Shown here piece after piece: positions 9,547 to 18,200 of a stretch of 59,665 nt of DNA (position 1 is its first letter; each line of letters begins with the position of its first letter). The notes beneath the pieces were generated by a model. That model worked only from the letters and a program-made list of their open reading frames with translations, made no database searches and had not been told where the DNA came from. Location of the stretch: the NCBI GenBank assembly GCA_003134515.1, contig PLBM01000087.1, positions 3,922-63,586 of the forward strand, read 5' to 3'. The translations under genes were made by a program, and so were the position numbers. This DNA is from Acidimicrobiaceae bacterium (GTDB taxonomy: Bacteria > Actinomycetota > Acidimicrobiia > Acidimicrobiales > RAAP-2).

Positions 9547-10606
9547 TCTCGTAGGGCTCGGCGAGTCCGACGCGGACCATCGATGGATTGGCGTGCGGCG
9601 CCATCAAGCGGCGTTGATCGTGATGGGCATCGGACTCTTGAGCGAGTGGCTGTTCAGTCCCTCGGCGCCGATGAGTGAAGTCCTCGTCGGACTCGCAATC
9701 GTGACGTGCGCCGTGCCGACGCACGACGGTCTGACCGCGGGCGAGCAGCTCGTCGTGGCACTCCGCTACGTCATCCGCTCTCATTGGAGTGCGATCAGCG
9801 CGCTCGAGCTCGGTGACGACGTGGCGCTGTGGGCTAACGGCGACGTTGCCTTTCGAGGATATGAGTTGGTCCACCGAGGCCGACTCGACTTGTCAGGTCG
9901 TGACGTCATCAACGCCGAAGCGCTGCAAGCTCTGGCCGACGCCGCCGGGGCCACCAGGGCGGGTCAGCACTTTTCCGAGCACGTTTTTCAAGTCGACGAC
10001 CACGTGAGCACCCTGTTGGCCCTACCGATTGGCGTACCGGCGCCCGACGGTTGGATAAAGGGGAGTGATCTCGCGCGGCGCGTCATTGGATTCGAAGACG
10101 AGGCCCCGTCGCTCCGCCTTCTCGAACGTTTCAGTTACGTACGCACGCCCGAACAGCTCGTTCGCGTCTATCGCGTTCGCGACTTCAACTCCGTGCCCTC
10201 TACCCGCGGACTCTTGGATCAGGTTCTGAAGTCGTCCACGCCCCTAGATCTCGCCCTGCACGTCGACGTCGTCAGTGGCGCGAGGGCCCAACGCCTCTCC
10301 GCGAGAGCGGTCCATCGCGTGGGCAGTGACGACGCCACGTCACGAGCGGTGGGCTTTCGTCGAACGGCCCGAGCTACGAGAAACTTCGAACGGCTCGCGC
10401 AGCGCGAGGGTCTCGTGGCCAGTGGCCGGGCGCTGATGCGCGTTGCGGTCTTCTTGTTGGTGCGCGCGCCGTCGCTCGAAGAATTGCAGCAACGCGGAAG
10501 CGCGTTGTGGCGCCACGCGCACGACGCCGGGCTGCGTCTCGAGCGCGGCGGGGGTCTTCAAGCGCGTTGGTACCGGGCACAGCTGCCCGGCGGTCCGGGC
10601 TGGTGA
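9539..10606 (+). CDS. PrgI/VirB3-like TM hairpin fused to a VirB4 N-terminal-like region (SCO6880-like family)
   Basis: Two N-terminal TM helices after WIGV...Q; C-terminus VRAPSLEELQ...A...GLRLER...Q...AQLPGG resembles the middle of VirB4; overlaps both neighbours. Confidence 0.68.
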   Translation: MSDLVGLGESDADHRWIGVRRHQAALIVMGIGLLSEWLFSPSAPMSEVLVGLAIVTCAVPTHDGLTAGEQLVVALRYVIRSHWSAISALELGDDVALWANGDVAFRGYELVHRGRLDLSGRDVINAEALQALADAAGATRAGQHFSEHVFQVDDHVSTLLALPIGVPAPDGWIKGSDLARRVIGFEDEAPSLRLLERFSYVRTPEQLVRVYRVRDFNSVPSTRGLLDQVLKSSTPLDLALHVDVVSGARAQRLSARAVHRVGSDDATSRAVGFRRTARATRNFERLAQREGLVASGRALMRVAVFLLVRAPSLEELQQRGSALWRHAHDAGLRLERGGGLQARWYRAQLPGGPGW

Positions 10607-11772
10607 GCCGGGCGTGGACCCATTGGGCGACCTCGGCGGACCTGGTCAGTTTGCGCCTACCGGCGCACGACGCGGGCACGGGTCTTACAGGTCCAAGTCT
10701 TGGTGAGGCTCAGTACGGATCGTCGTTCGTGCTCGACGTGTTCGACGCGTACGGGGCCGGTCTCGTCTCCAATCCCAACGTCATCGTGGCCGGGTCTATC
10801 GGTGCGGGCAAGAGCACGATCGTCAAGATGCAGCTGGACCGAGCGTTGCGCCGGGGACGTCGAGCCGTGGTCGTCGACCCCAAGGGCGAGTACGGCGATC
10901 TCGCCGCTCGGCACGGCGTCGTTCCCGTCGCCCTCGGTCGCGACGGGTGGTGCAGTCCGTTCTCGAACGATGAGCGCGAAGGGCGCGATCTCCTGCGAGC
11001 CCTCCTCGCCAGCGCTCAGGGCGCGCCCCTCAACAACGATCAGCATTTCGCCCTCGACGAGGTGTGGCACCGGCTCTTAGCGCCTCGCCCCGCCCGGGTG
11101 CTCTGGTCGCTCTATCAGCTCCTCGCGTCACATCTCGAATCGTCGACGCCGAGCGCTTCGCGTTCGCTCGCGCTGATCCTGTACCGATTCATACACGGTG
11201 ATCTCGCGGGGCTCTTTGACGGAGAAGACGAACCCCTGGTCTTCTCGGGTGACCTCGTTGTTCTAGACCTGTCCGCGCAGTGGTCGTCCAACTCGCTCTC
11301 GGTGGCAGTCTTGAGCGCGGTGGCCGCGGCCCAACAGTTGGTCGGACGGCCCGGCGAATTCGGCTACCTCGTGCTCGACGAAGCGTGGGCTCTCCTCGGT
11401 GACGTGGACGCCCTTCGATGGTTGCGAGGTTCATGGAAGCTGGCGCGCGCCCGGGGACTCTCTCACGTCCTGGTGCTGCATCGTTGGAGCGACGTCGCCG
11501 CCGCCGGCGATGCCGGCAGCGCGCAGCGCGAACGCGCCCAGGGTCTGCTTCGAGAGTGCGAGACCGCGTGGCTCTTTCGCCAGCCAGTGGACGAGGCGCG
11601 TGAGATGGCGCGGGCTCTCGGTCTCTCGCCACGCGAGGAGCGCTATCTCACGGGCCTGCCCAAGGGCGTCGCCCTCGTGCGCTATGGCGCGCACCGCTCG
11701 ATCGTTGGAGTGCGACCTGACGCGAACGATTTGGGTTTCATTGACACTGACGCGGCTATGCGCGAGAGGTGA
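10603..11772 (+). CDS. VirB4-like ATPase (C-terminal domain only)
   Basis: NPNVIVAGSIGAGKS Walker A, VVDPKGEY, LVLDEAW Walker B, KLARARGLS; GTGA overlap. Confidence 0.85.
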   Translation: MSRAWTHWATSADLVSLRLPAHDAGTGLTGPSLGEAQYGSSFVLDVFDAYGAGLVSNPNVIVAGSIGAGKSTIVKMQLDRALRRGRRAVVVDPKGEYGDLAARHGVVPVALGRDGWCSPFSNDEREGRDLLRALLASAQGAPLNNDQHFALDEVWHRLLAPRPARVLWSLYQLLASHLESSTPSASRSLALILYRFIHGDLAGLFDGEDEPLVFSGDLVVLDLSAQWSSNSLSVAVLSAVAAAQQLVGRPGEFGYLVLDEAWALLGDVDALRWLRGSWKLARARGLSHVLVLHRWSDVAAAGDAGSAQRERAQGLLRECETAWLFRQPVDEAREMARALGLSPREERYLTGLPKGVALVRYGAHRSIVGVRPDANDLGFIDTDAAMRER

Positions 11773-11775
11773 TGA

Positions 11776-12927
11776 ATGAACGACCGACCGGTTCTCGGAC
11801 GCCGCCACTGGCAGGGTCTGTCGATGGGGGCGCGGGTCACCGTCGATCCCTCCAGTTCGCTATTGGTGGTTGGACCCACGCAGTCGGGCAAGACCACGTC
11901 GCTCGTGATGCCGGCCCTGCTTCGTTGGAGCGACGCGCTCGTCGTGACGAGCGTGAAGAGCGACGTGGTAAAGACCACCGTCGGGTGGCGACGCACGCTC
12001 GGCCAGGTCCAGGTGCTCGAACCGGGACGCGAGGGAGGGCTGACGTGGGATCCCTTGGAGGGGGTGGCTACTCTTCGTCACGCAACCCGCGTCGCACGGG
12101 ACCTCACGATCGGATCGAGCGATCGTGGTGACGTCGAGTTCTGGAACGCGTTGGCGACCAAGCTGGTGGCGGGGCTGATGATGTTGGCGAAGGAACGTGG
12201 CCAGACGATCTTTGAGGTGTCCCAGGTGGTGGAGGGTCACGACGTCGATTCGTGGTTGGGCGACCGCACCCGCTCACCGGCGAGCGACGCGGTGCGAAGC
12301 TTTCTTCGCCACGATTCCAAGACGCTCGACGGCGTGTTCACCACGGCCGAGACCATGTTGCTGCCGTGGCGATTCGCTCAACCCCTGGCCCGGGTTCGCT
12401 CGGTCGTGGCCGGGGCGAACACGCTCTATCTCTGTGGGTCGCGCTCGGAGCAGCGTCACTATGAACCACTCTTTCGCGGGGCCCTTCGCATGGTCTTAGA
12501 GGAGCAACAGCGTCACGTTGACGAAGGGAGGTCCCGCCGACTCTTGATGGTGCTGGATGAAGCGGCGACCGTAGCGTCGCTGGACGAACTCGATCAACTC
12601 GCCGCGACGGTGAGTGGACTGAATGTCACGCTCGTGACCGTGGTGCAGGATTTCGCCCAGCTCGTGGCCCGTTGGGGCTCGCGCGCGGCGACCATTGTCA
12701 ATAACCACACCACGCGTGTCGTGCTCGCCGGGCTGGCCGATCCAACGGTGGGCACGTACCTGCCCGAGCTCGTCGATACCTCGCGCGGCACGACGCCCCT
12801 CTCGCTGCGACTTCATCCAAAGGGTACGGCCATGGTGGTCAGTGGTGGGCGGCGCGTCTACGGCGTACGGCTTCGTCCGTGGTGGAAGGATCGGCATTTA
12901 CGCCGCCGGGGTGTTGGCGAGTGGTAA
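11776..12927 (+). CDS. VirD4/TraG-like type IV coupling protein lacking an N-terminal TM anchor
   Basis: VVGPTQSGKT, VVTSVKSD, WDPL, FW..LA, MVLDEAA, VVQDFAQL..RWG...A.TIVNN motifs. Confidence 0.85.
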   Translation: MNDRPVLGRRHWQGLSMGARVTVDPSSSLLVVGPTQSGKTTSLVMPALLRWSDALVVTSVKSDVVKTTVGWRRTLGQVQVLEPGREGGLTWDPLEGVATLRHATRVARDLTIGSSDRGDVEFWNALATKLVAGLMMLAKERGQTIFEVSQVVEGHDVDSWLGDRTRSPASDAVRSFLRHDSKTLDGVFTTAETMLLPWRFAQPLARVRSVVAGANTLYLCGSRSEQRHYEPLFRGALRMVLEEQQRHVDEGRSRRLLMVLDEAATVASLDELDQLAATVSGLNVTLVTVVQDFAQLVARWGSRAATIVNNHTTRVVLAGLADPTVGTYLPELVDTSRGTTPLSLRLHPKGTAMVVSGGRRVYGVRLRPWWKDRHLRRRGVGEW

Positions 12928-12940
12928 GTACGATTTACCA
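12922..12940 (+). promoter_or_regulatory. -10 box (TACGAT, 12929-12934) of the leaderless ROK gene, inside a TGGTAA-N7-TTACCA inverted repeat
   Basis: TACGAT is 6 nt upstream of ATG 12941 and is flanked by a perfect 6-bp inverted repeat. Confidence 0.5.
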
Positions 12941-13702
12941 ATGGCATACCAAACGCTCTTGCTGCAAGAGCAGATTCTCGCGATCGATATCGGTGCCACG
13001 AACATCAAGTTCTCTCATGTGAACGAGCAAGGTGAACTACTGCTGGCCGTTCGACGACGCCCCACGCCCTATCCCTGCACGCCCCCACGGCTCGTAGAGT
13101 TCTTAGAAGAGCGCATCGCCAAGAGCGGTGCACAACGCGTGGGCGTTGGGTTTCCCGGAGAGTTCCGAGACGGACACGTGATTCGCCCCGGTAATCTTTC
13201 GCGTCCCGGCGGCGTGACGACTGATATCGACCCGGTCCTCGACGCGACGTGGCGCGGTTTCGCCCTGCAAGACGCGCTGAGTATGGCGTCGAGACGAGAG
13301 GTGCGCGTCGTGAACGACGCCACGATGGCGGCTCTGGGCTGTATTGAGGGCCACGGCGTCGAACTGGTGTTGACCCTCGGCACGGGATTGGGTTTGGCTC
13401 TCTCGGTCGACGGCCAACTGCAGAAGGTGCGCGACGTCGGCGCGGAGATCTTTCGCGGCGACAAGACGTACGATCAGTCGGTCGGTGAGCGAGTTCGCGC
13501 AGTAGATGAGGCTCGATGGAACGCGACCCTGGCCGACGTAGTAGTCGGTTTCGCGACGGAGTTCTCAGCCACGACGGTGCACTTCGCCGGGGGCAATGCG
13601 CGTCGGATCGTGGCGGCTGAGTTTGACCATCTGGCCTACCGGATCGTCATTCATGGCAACGAGGCGCCCATGCGCGGCGCGGCCCGCCTCTTCGTTCCTT
13701 AG
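12941..13702 (+). CDS. ROK-family sugar kinase, polyphosphate glucokinase-like
   Basis: AIDIGATNIK, VGFPG, VVNDA..AALG, LTLGTGLG; no Zn-binding Cys cluster. Confidence 0.8.
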   Translation: MAYQTLLLQEQILAIDIGATNIKFSHVNEQGELLLAVRRRPTPYPCTPPRLVEFLEERIAKSGAQRVGVGFPGEFRDGHVIRPGNLSRPGGVTTDIDPVLDATWRGFALQDALSMASRREVRVVNDATMAALGCIEGHGVELVLTLGTGLGLALSVDGQLQKVRDVGAEIFRGDKTYDQSVGERVRAVDEARWNATLADVVVGFATEFSATTVHFAGGNARRIVAAEFDHLAYRIVIHGNEAPMRGAARLFVP

Positions 13703-13706
13703 CTCG

Positions 13707-14912
13707 TCAACCTCTAGCGGTCTCGTCGCTCAGGGCGAGATCAACGGCGCTGGTAGCGAGGACGCCCGCCACCGTTCGACAGGCTCGGTCGTCGATAGAA
13801 AAATCGGGACCGTGGTGCATGCCACTGGATCCGTCGGCCAGCGCCCCGCCGATGAGCAGGTAGCAGCCTGGCACCCGACGCAAGAACTCCGACACGTCAT
13901 CGCTCGGGGTGATCGGCGGAATCGTGATGACGTTGTCGGCGCCCACGACCTTGGTGGCACTCGCCATGACGCGCGAAACCACGGAGGCGTCGTTGACCAC
14001 CGCCGGCGTGCCCCCGTCAAATTGGAGTTCACAACTGACACCAAAGACGGACTCGACCTCGGCCAAGAGTTCGCCCAGTCGTTCGATTGCTTGATCTTGT
14101 TGTTCCGGCGTGAAGGTGCGCAACGTCCCGCGAAGTAGCGCGTGACGAGGGACCACGTTGCTGGCGGTGCCGGCGGTCAGCACGCCGGCCGAGCAGGCGC
14201 AGTTTGTTCCTTCGTAGGTGAGGCCGCTCACGACGTCGCCCAGTCGAGGGGCCAAGAAGCTGATGGCCAGAACCACGTTGCCCTCGGTGGTGGCCATGGC
14301 GCCGTGACCGCCGCGCCCCTTTAAATGCACACTGAGACTACGTACCTCGCTCATCAACACGCCTGCGCGGGTCGCCACGAGCCCCAGGGGCGTCAGTGAC
14401 GTGACGTGCGCGCCGATGACGTAGTCCACGGGATTGTCGTCGAGGACCCCACCATCAATCATCGCGATCGCCCCGCCTACGGCCTCCTCGGCGGGCTGAA
14501 ACAGCACCGTGAACTCGCCGGCCAGGTCGTCGCGACGACGCGCCAGAAGATCGGCGACACCGAGCAGCGCGGCGGTATGTACGTCGTGACCGCAGGCGTG
14601 CATAACGCCCTCAAACTCGGAGGCGTAGGCGAGGCTGGTCTCCTCATTGACTGGAAGCGCGTCGATGTCGGCTCGCACCATGACCCGTCGTCCGGGCTTG
14701 GCGCCGACCAGACGCGCGACGGCACCGGTCTCAGTGGGACAGGGCCGCAACTCCCAGCCGAGTTCGAGGAGTCGCTCGCGCACCACCCGGGTGGTGCGGT
14801 GTTCTTGGAAAGAGAGTTCGGGGTGGGCATGCAAGTCGTGACGGATCTCCACCATGGGGTCGTCGACGTGCTTCAAGAGTTCGGGTAGGTCGTCGGCAAA
14901 GGTTCGAGCCAT
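13707..14912 (-). CDS. M20D family amidohydrolase
   Basis: HAHPELSFQE, RADIDALP, MHACGHD, FQPAEE, GGHGA. Confidence 0.92.
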   Translation of the reverse strand: MARTFADDLPELLKHVDDPMVEIRHDLHAHPELSFQEHRTTRVVRERLLELGWELRPCPTETGAVARLVGAKPGRRVMVRADIDALPVNEETSLAYASEFEGVMHACGHDVHTAALLGVADLLARRRDDLAGEFTVLFQPAEEAVGGAIAMIDGGVLDDNPVDYVIGAHVTSLTPLGLVATRAGVLMSEVRSLSVHLKGRGGHGAMATTEGNVVLAISFLAPRLGDVVSGLTYEGTNCACSAGVLTAGTASNVVPRHALLRGTLRTFTPEQQDQAIERLGELLAEVESVFGVSCELQFDGGTPAVVNDASVVSRVMASATKVVGADNVITIPPITPSDDVSEFLRRVPGCYLLIGGALADGSSGMHHGPDFSIDDRACRTVAGVLATSAVDLALSDETARG

Positions 14913-14983
14913 AGGGGCATGGTAGTGAGTTCAACTCGGCCCTATCGAAACGGGGTCGGCTACGATGGTGAGCCAGTATCAGC

Positions 14984-15057
14984 GCGGCTGTAGCTCAGCG
15001 GATTAGAGCATCGGTCTACGGAACCGAGGGTCGGGGGTTCGAATCCCTCCAGCCGCA
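14984..15057 (+). tRNA. tRNA-Arg(ACG), CCA not encoded
   Basis: GCGGCTG/CAGCCGC acceptor stem, TAGCTCAG D-arm, TCGGT-CTACGGA-ACCGA anticodon arm, GGTTCGAATCC T-arm. Confidence 0.96.
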
Positions 15058-15124
15058 CTTTTTGATTGGGCCCTGTGCGTAGTCGATGCCCGTAAGTCTT
15101 CAATCCTTTCTATTGAGAGCTCAC

Positions 15125-15142
15125 AAATCTCCAGCCGCGCCA
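15125..15142 (+). repeat. Second copy of the tRNA-Arg 3' end (att-like remnant)
   Basis: CTCCAGCCGC occurs at 15047-15056 and 15129-15138; the second copy is followed by GCCA. Confidence 0.55.
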
Positions 15143-15278
15143 CCTCTTACGTAGGCCCAGCCATTGCGCGTAAAAATGGCTCCCGAGATGGACGGTGGTT
15201 CGATTGAGCATTAACAGGTGTCCAAAGAGTGTCAATGGTCTTGGCGAGATCGCCGGGGCAGTGGGCTACGGTCGGCCT

Positions 15279-18200
15279 ATGGCTATTGACATTTCCGAGC
15301 GAGTGAAGATCTCGCTTCTTGATCGCTATCGCGCAACCGAAGGACGGGTCCTTCTCTCGGGTGTACAGGCTCTCGTGCGGCTCGCAATGGACCAACGTCG
15401 GGCGGATCTCGCTGCGGGTCTCGACACGGCGGGATTCATTAGTGGCTATCCCGGATCGCCGTTGGCGGGATTGGACCTCGAGCTCACTCGTCGTGCGGAC
15501 TTGTTGTCTGACCTAGACGTCGTGCATCGCCCCGGACTCAACGAAGAGCTCGCCGCTACCGCGGTCGCCGGAAGTCAACTGGCGATGACTCGGCCCGATC
15601 ACACCAAAGAGGGGGTCTTCGCAATCTGGTACGGCAAGGCTCCCGGGTTAGACCGAGCGTCGGACGCGCTGCGACACGGGAACCTGATGGGGGCCCATCG
15701 CCGCGGTGGGGTACTGGTGTGCGTGGGCGACGATCCCCAAGCTAAATCGTCGAGCGTGCCGTCGACCTCTGAACCCGCGCTCTACTCATTGGCCATGCCA
15801 ATCATGGCGCCGGCGGATCCTCAAGAGATTCTGGACCTCGGCCGGCACGGCTTCGCCCTTTCGCGGTTGTGCGGGCTCTGGGTGGGAATGCGGATACCCG
15901 CGTCCGTCGCTGACTGCACCTTGAGCGTGGAGGTGAGCGCGCAGCGAGTACGACCAGTGGAGCCGAACCTCGTCGTTGACGGGACGCCCTTCGCGCACCA
16001 GGTGAGCGCGCAGCTTCTTGGCGCCAAGCTCATTGAACTCGAGAGTTCTCTGTATGGACCGCGGATCGAGATCGCGCGTCGCTACGCGAGGGCGAACGCA
16101 CTCAACCAGGTCACGGCCCGTGGTGCCAACGACGTGCTGGGCATTGCCGCCGCCGGGCCTGCCTACCTGTCAGTGGTGCGTGCCCTGCGTTGCGTCGGAT
16201 TGGGGACCGACGATTTGGCCGAAGCCGGGGTTCGCCTGTTGAAGGTGTCGATGCCCTTCCCTCTTGACGAAGGTCTCATCCAAGAGTTCGCCGCTGGCCT
16301 TGAGGAGATTTTGGTGGTCGAGGACAAGCGCGCGTTCCTCGAGACGTTGATCAAGGGTGCGTTGTATCGCGTCGAGGGTGCGCCGGTGATTGTCGGCAAG
16401 GTCGACGAGGAAGGGCGCGTCCTCGTGCCAGCAACTGGCGAAGTAGACCCCGACGCCCTCGTCGGGGTTATCGCGTCGCGTCTGCTGCGCCGCCGAGCGA
16501 TCGGCTCGGTCCAGCGCTGGACCGAGCGCACGCGACCGGTGTCCCCAGAACCGCTGTCGATTGTTCGCGGGGCGTACTTCTGCTCCGGCTGTCCCCATAA
16601 CACCTCGGTGCGGGTGCCCGAGGGCGCCATCGTGGGATCCGGCAGCGGATGCCACGGTTTGGCGATCCAGATGGACACCCGGCAGGTCGGCACCGTCGTT
16701 GGCCGGTTCCAGATGGGCGGCGAAGGCGCGATGTGGAACGGCATGGCTCCGTTCGTGTCGACGGCGCACTTTTTCCAGAATCTCGGCGACGGAACCCTGG
16801 CCCATTCGGGATCGTTAGCGATTCGCGCCGCCGTTGCGTCCAAGGTGAACATCACGTTCAAACTTTTGGTCAACGACACGGTGGCGATGACCGGCGGACA
16901 ACCGATCGCCGGAGGACGCGGGACCGACGATCTGGTTCGCCAACTATTGGCCGAAGGAGTGCGTCGAATCATCATTACCTCCGACGAACCTCGTCGGAAT
17001 CGAGTGAAGGGGCTGCCTCGGGGCGTTGACGTGTGGCCCCGGCGACGCCTCGTCGAAGCGCAGTCGCTGCTGGCCGACACTCCTGGCGTGACCGTCTTGC
17101 TGCATCACCAAGAGTGTGCGGCGGAGTTACGGAGAAAGCGCAAGCGCGGACTCGTTGCCACGCCCCCTGAACGCGTCCACGTGAACACCCGGCTCTGCGA
17201 GCGCTGCGGTGACTGCGGGACGGCCTCTAACTGCCTTTCGGTGCGGTCGGTGGAGACGCCGTTTGGCACCAAGACCCAGATTCACCAAGAGTCGTGCAAC
17301 CTGGATCTCTCCTGCCTGAACGGGCGTTGTCCCGCTCTCGTCACGGTTCGCACTTCCTCCACGAGCGCGCAGCCCGCGCGCGCTGTTTCCGCCCCACTCG
17401 CCGCCGCGGATCCGCAATTGCGCGTAGCGCGCGACACCTTCACCATTCGACTGACGGGAATCGGCGGGACGGGTGTGCTCACCGTGGCTCAGATTGTCGC
17501 CATGGCCGCCCATCTCGAGGGCCGCTTCGTCCGTGAGTTGGACCAAACGGGCATCGCGCAAAAGGGTGGTGCGGTGGTCTCCGATTTGCGACTCAGCACG
17601 ACGGCTGAGCTCACAACCGCTCGCCTCGGCGAGGAGGAGTGCGACCTCTACCTCGGCTGCGATGTCCTCGTTGCGGCGACGTCGCCCAACCTCATGGTCG
17701 CCTCACCCCAGCGGACAGTCGCAGTTACTTCAACCGCGACTGTCCCCATCGGCCGCCAGATCGCGGATAGCTCGATCGCCTCGCCGCCGCTGGACGTGAT
17801 GCGAGCCCGGATCGACGCGCGGAGCCGCTCCGAGCTCAACGTGTGGATGGACGCGCCGCGACTTGCCCAGGAGCGGCTTGGCTCGGATGGATACGCCAAC
17901 GTCTTGTTGTTGGGCGCGGCCTATCAGGCCGGGGCGCTCCCGCTGAGCAGTGCCTCGATCGAACAGGCGATTGAACTCAATGGCGTCGATGTCGAGGCCA
18001 ACCGCCTCGCCTTTCGCTGGGGCCGACACGAGGTCGCGTCCCGGCTCGACCCCGGCCCGCCGCCGGGCTCGGCGCCCGAAGCACTCGTAGCGCGCGATGC
18101 TCGCATCGAGTCGATCGCGGCGACGGTGGGAGCGACGTCGGGCGGTGAGCTTGACGACCTTGTGCGAACGCGAGTCGCGGACCTGGCGGACTATCAGGAC

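Noticed and set aside
8153-15057. T4SS-like genes as part of an ICE integrated at tRNA-Arg
   Set aside because: The cluster is upstream of the tRNA 5' end, separated from it by two housekeeping-type genes, with no integrase and no matching att copy seen on the far side.
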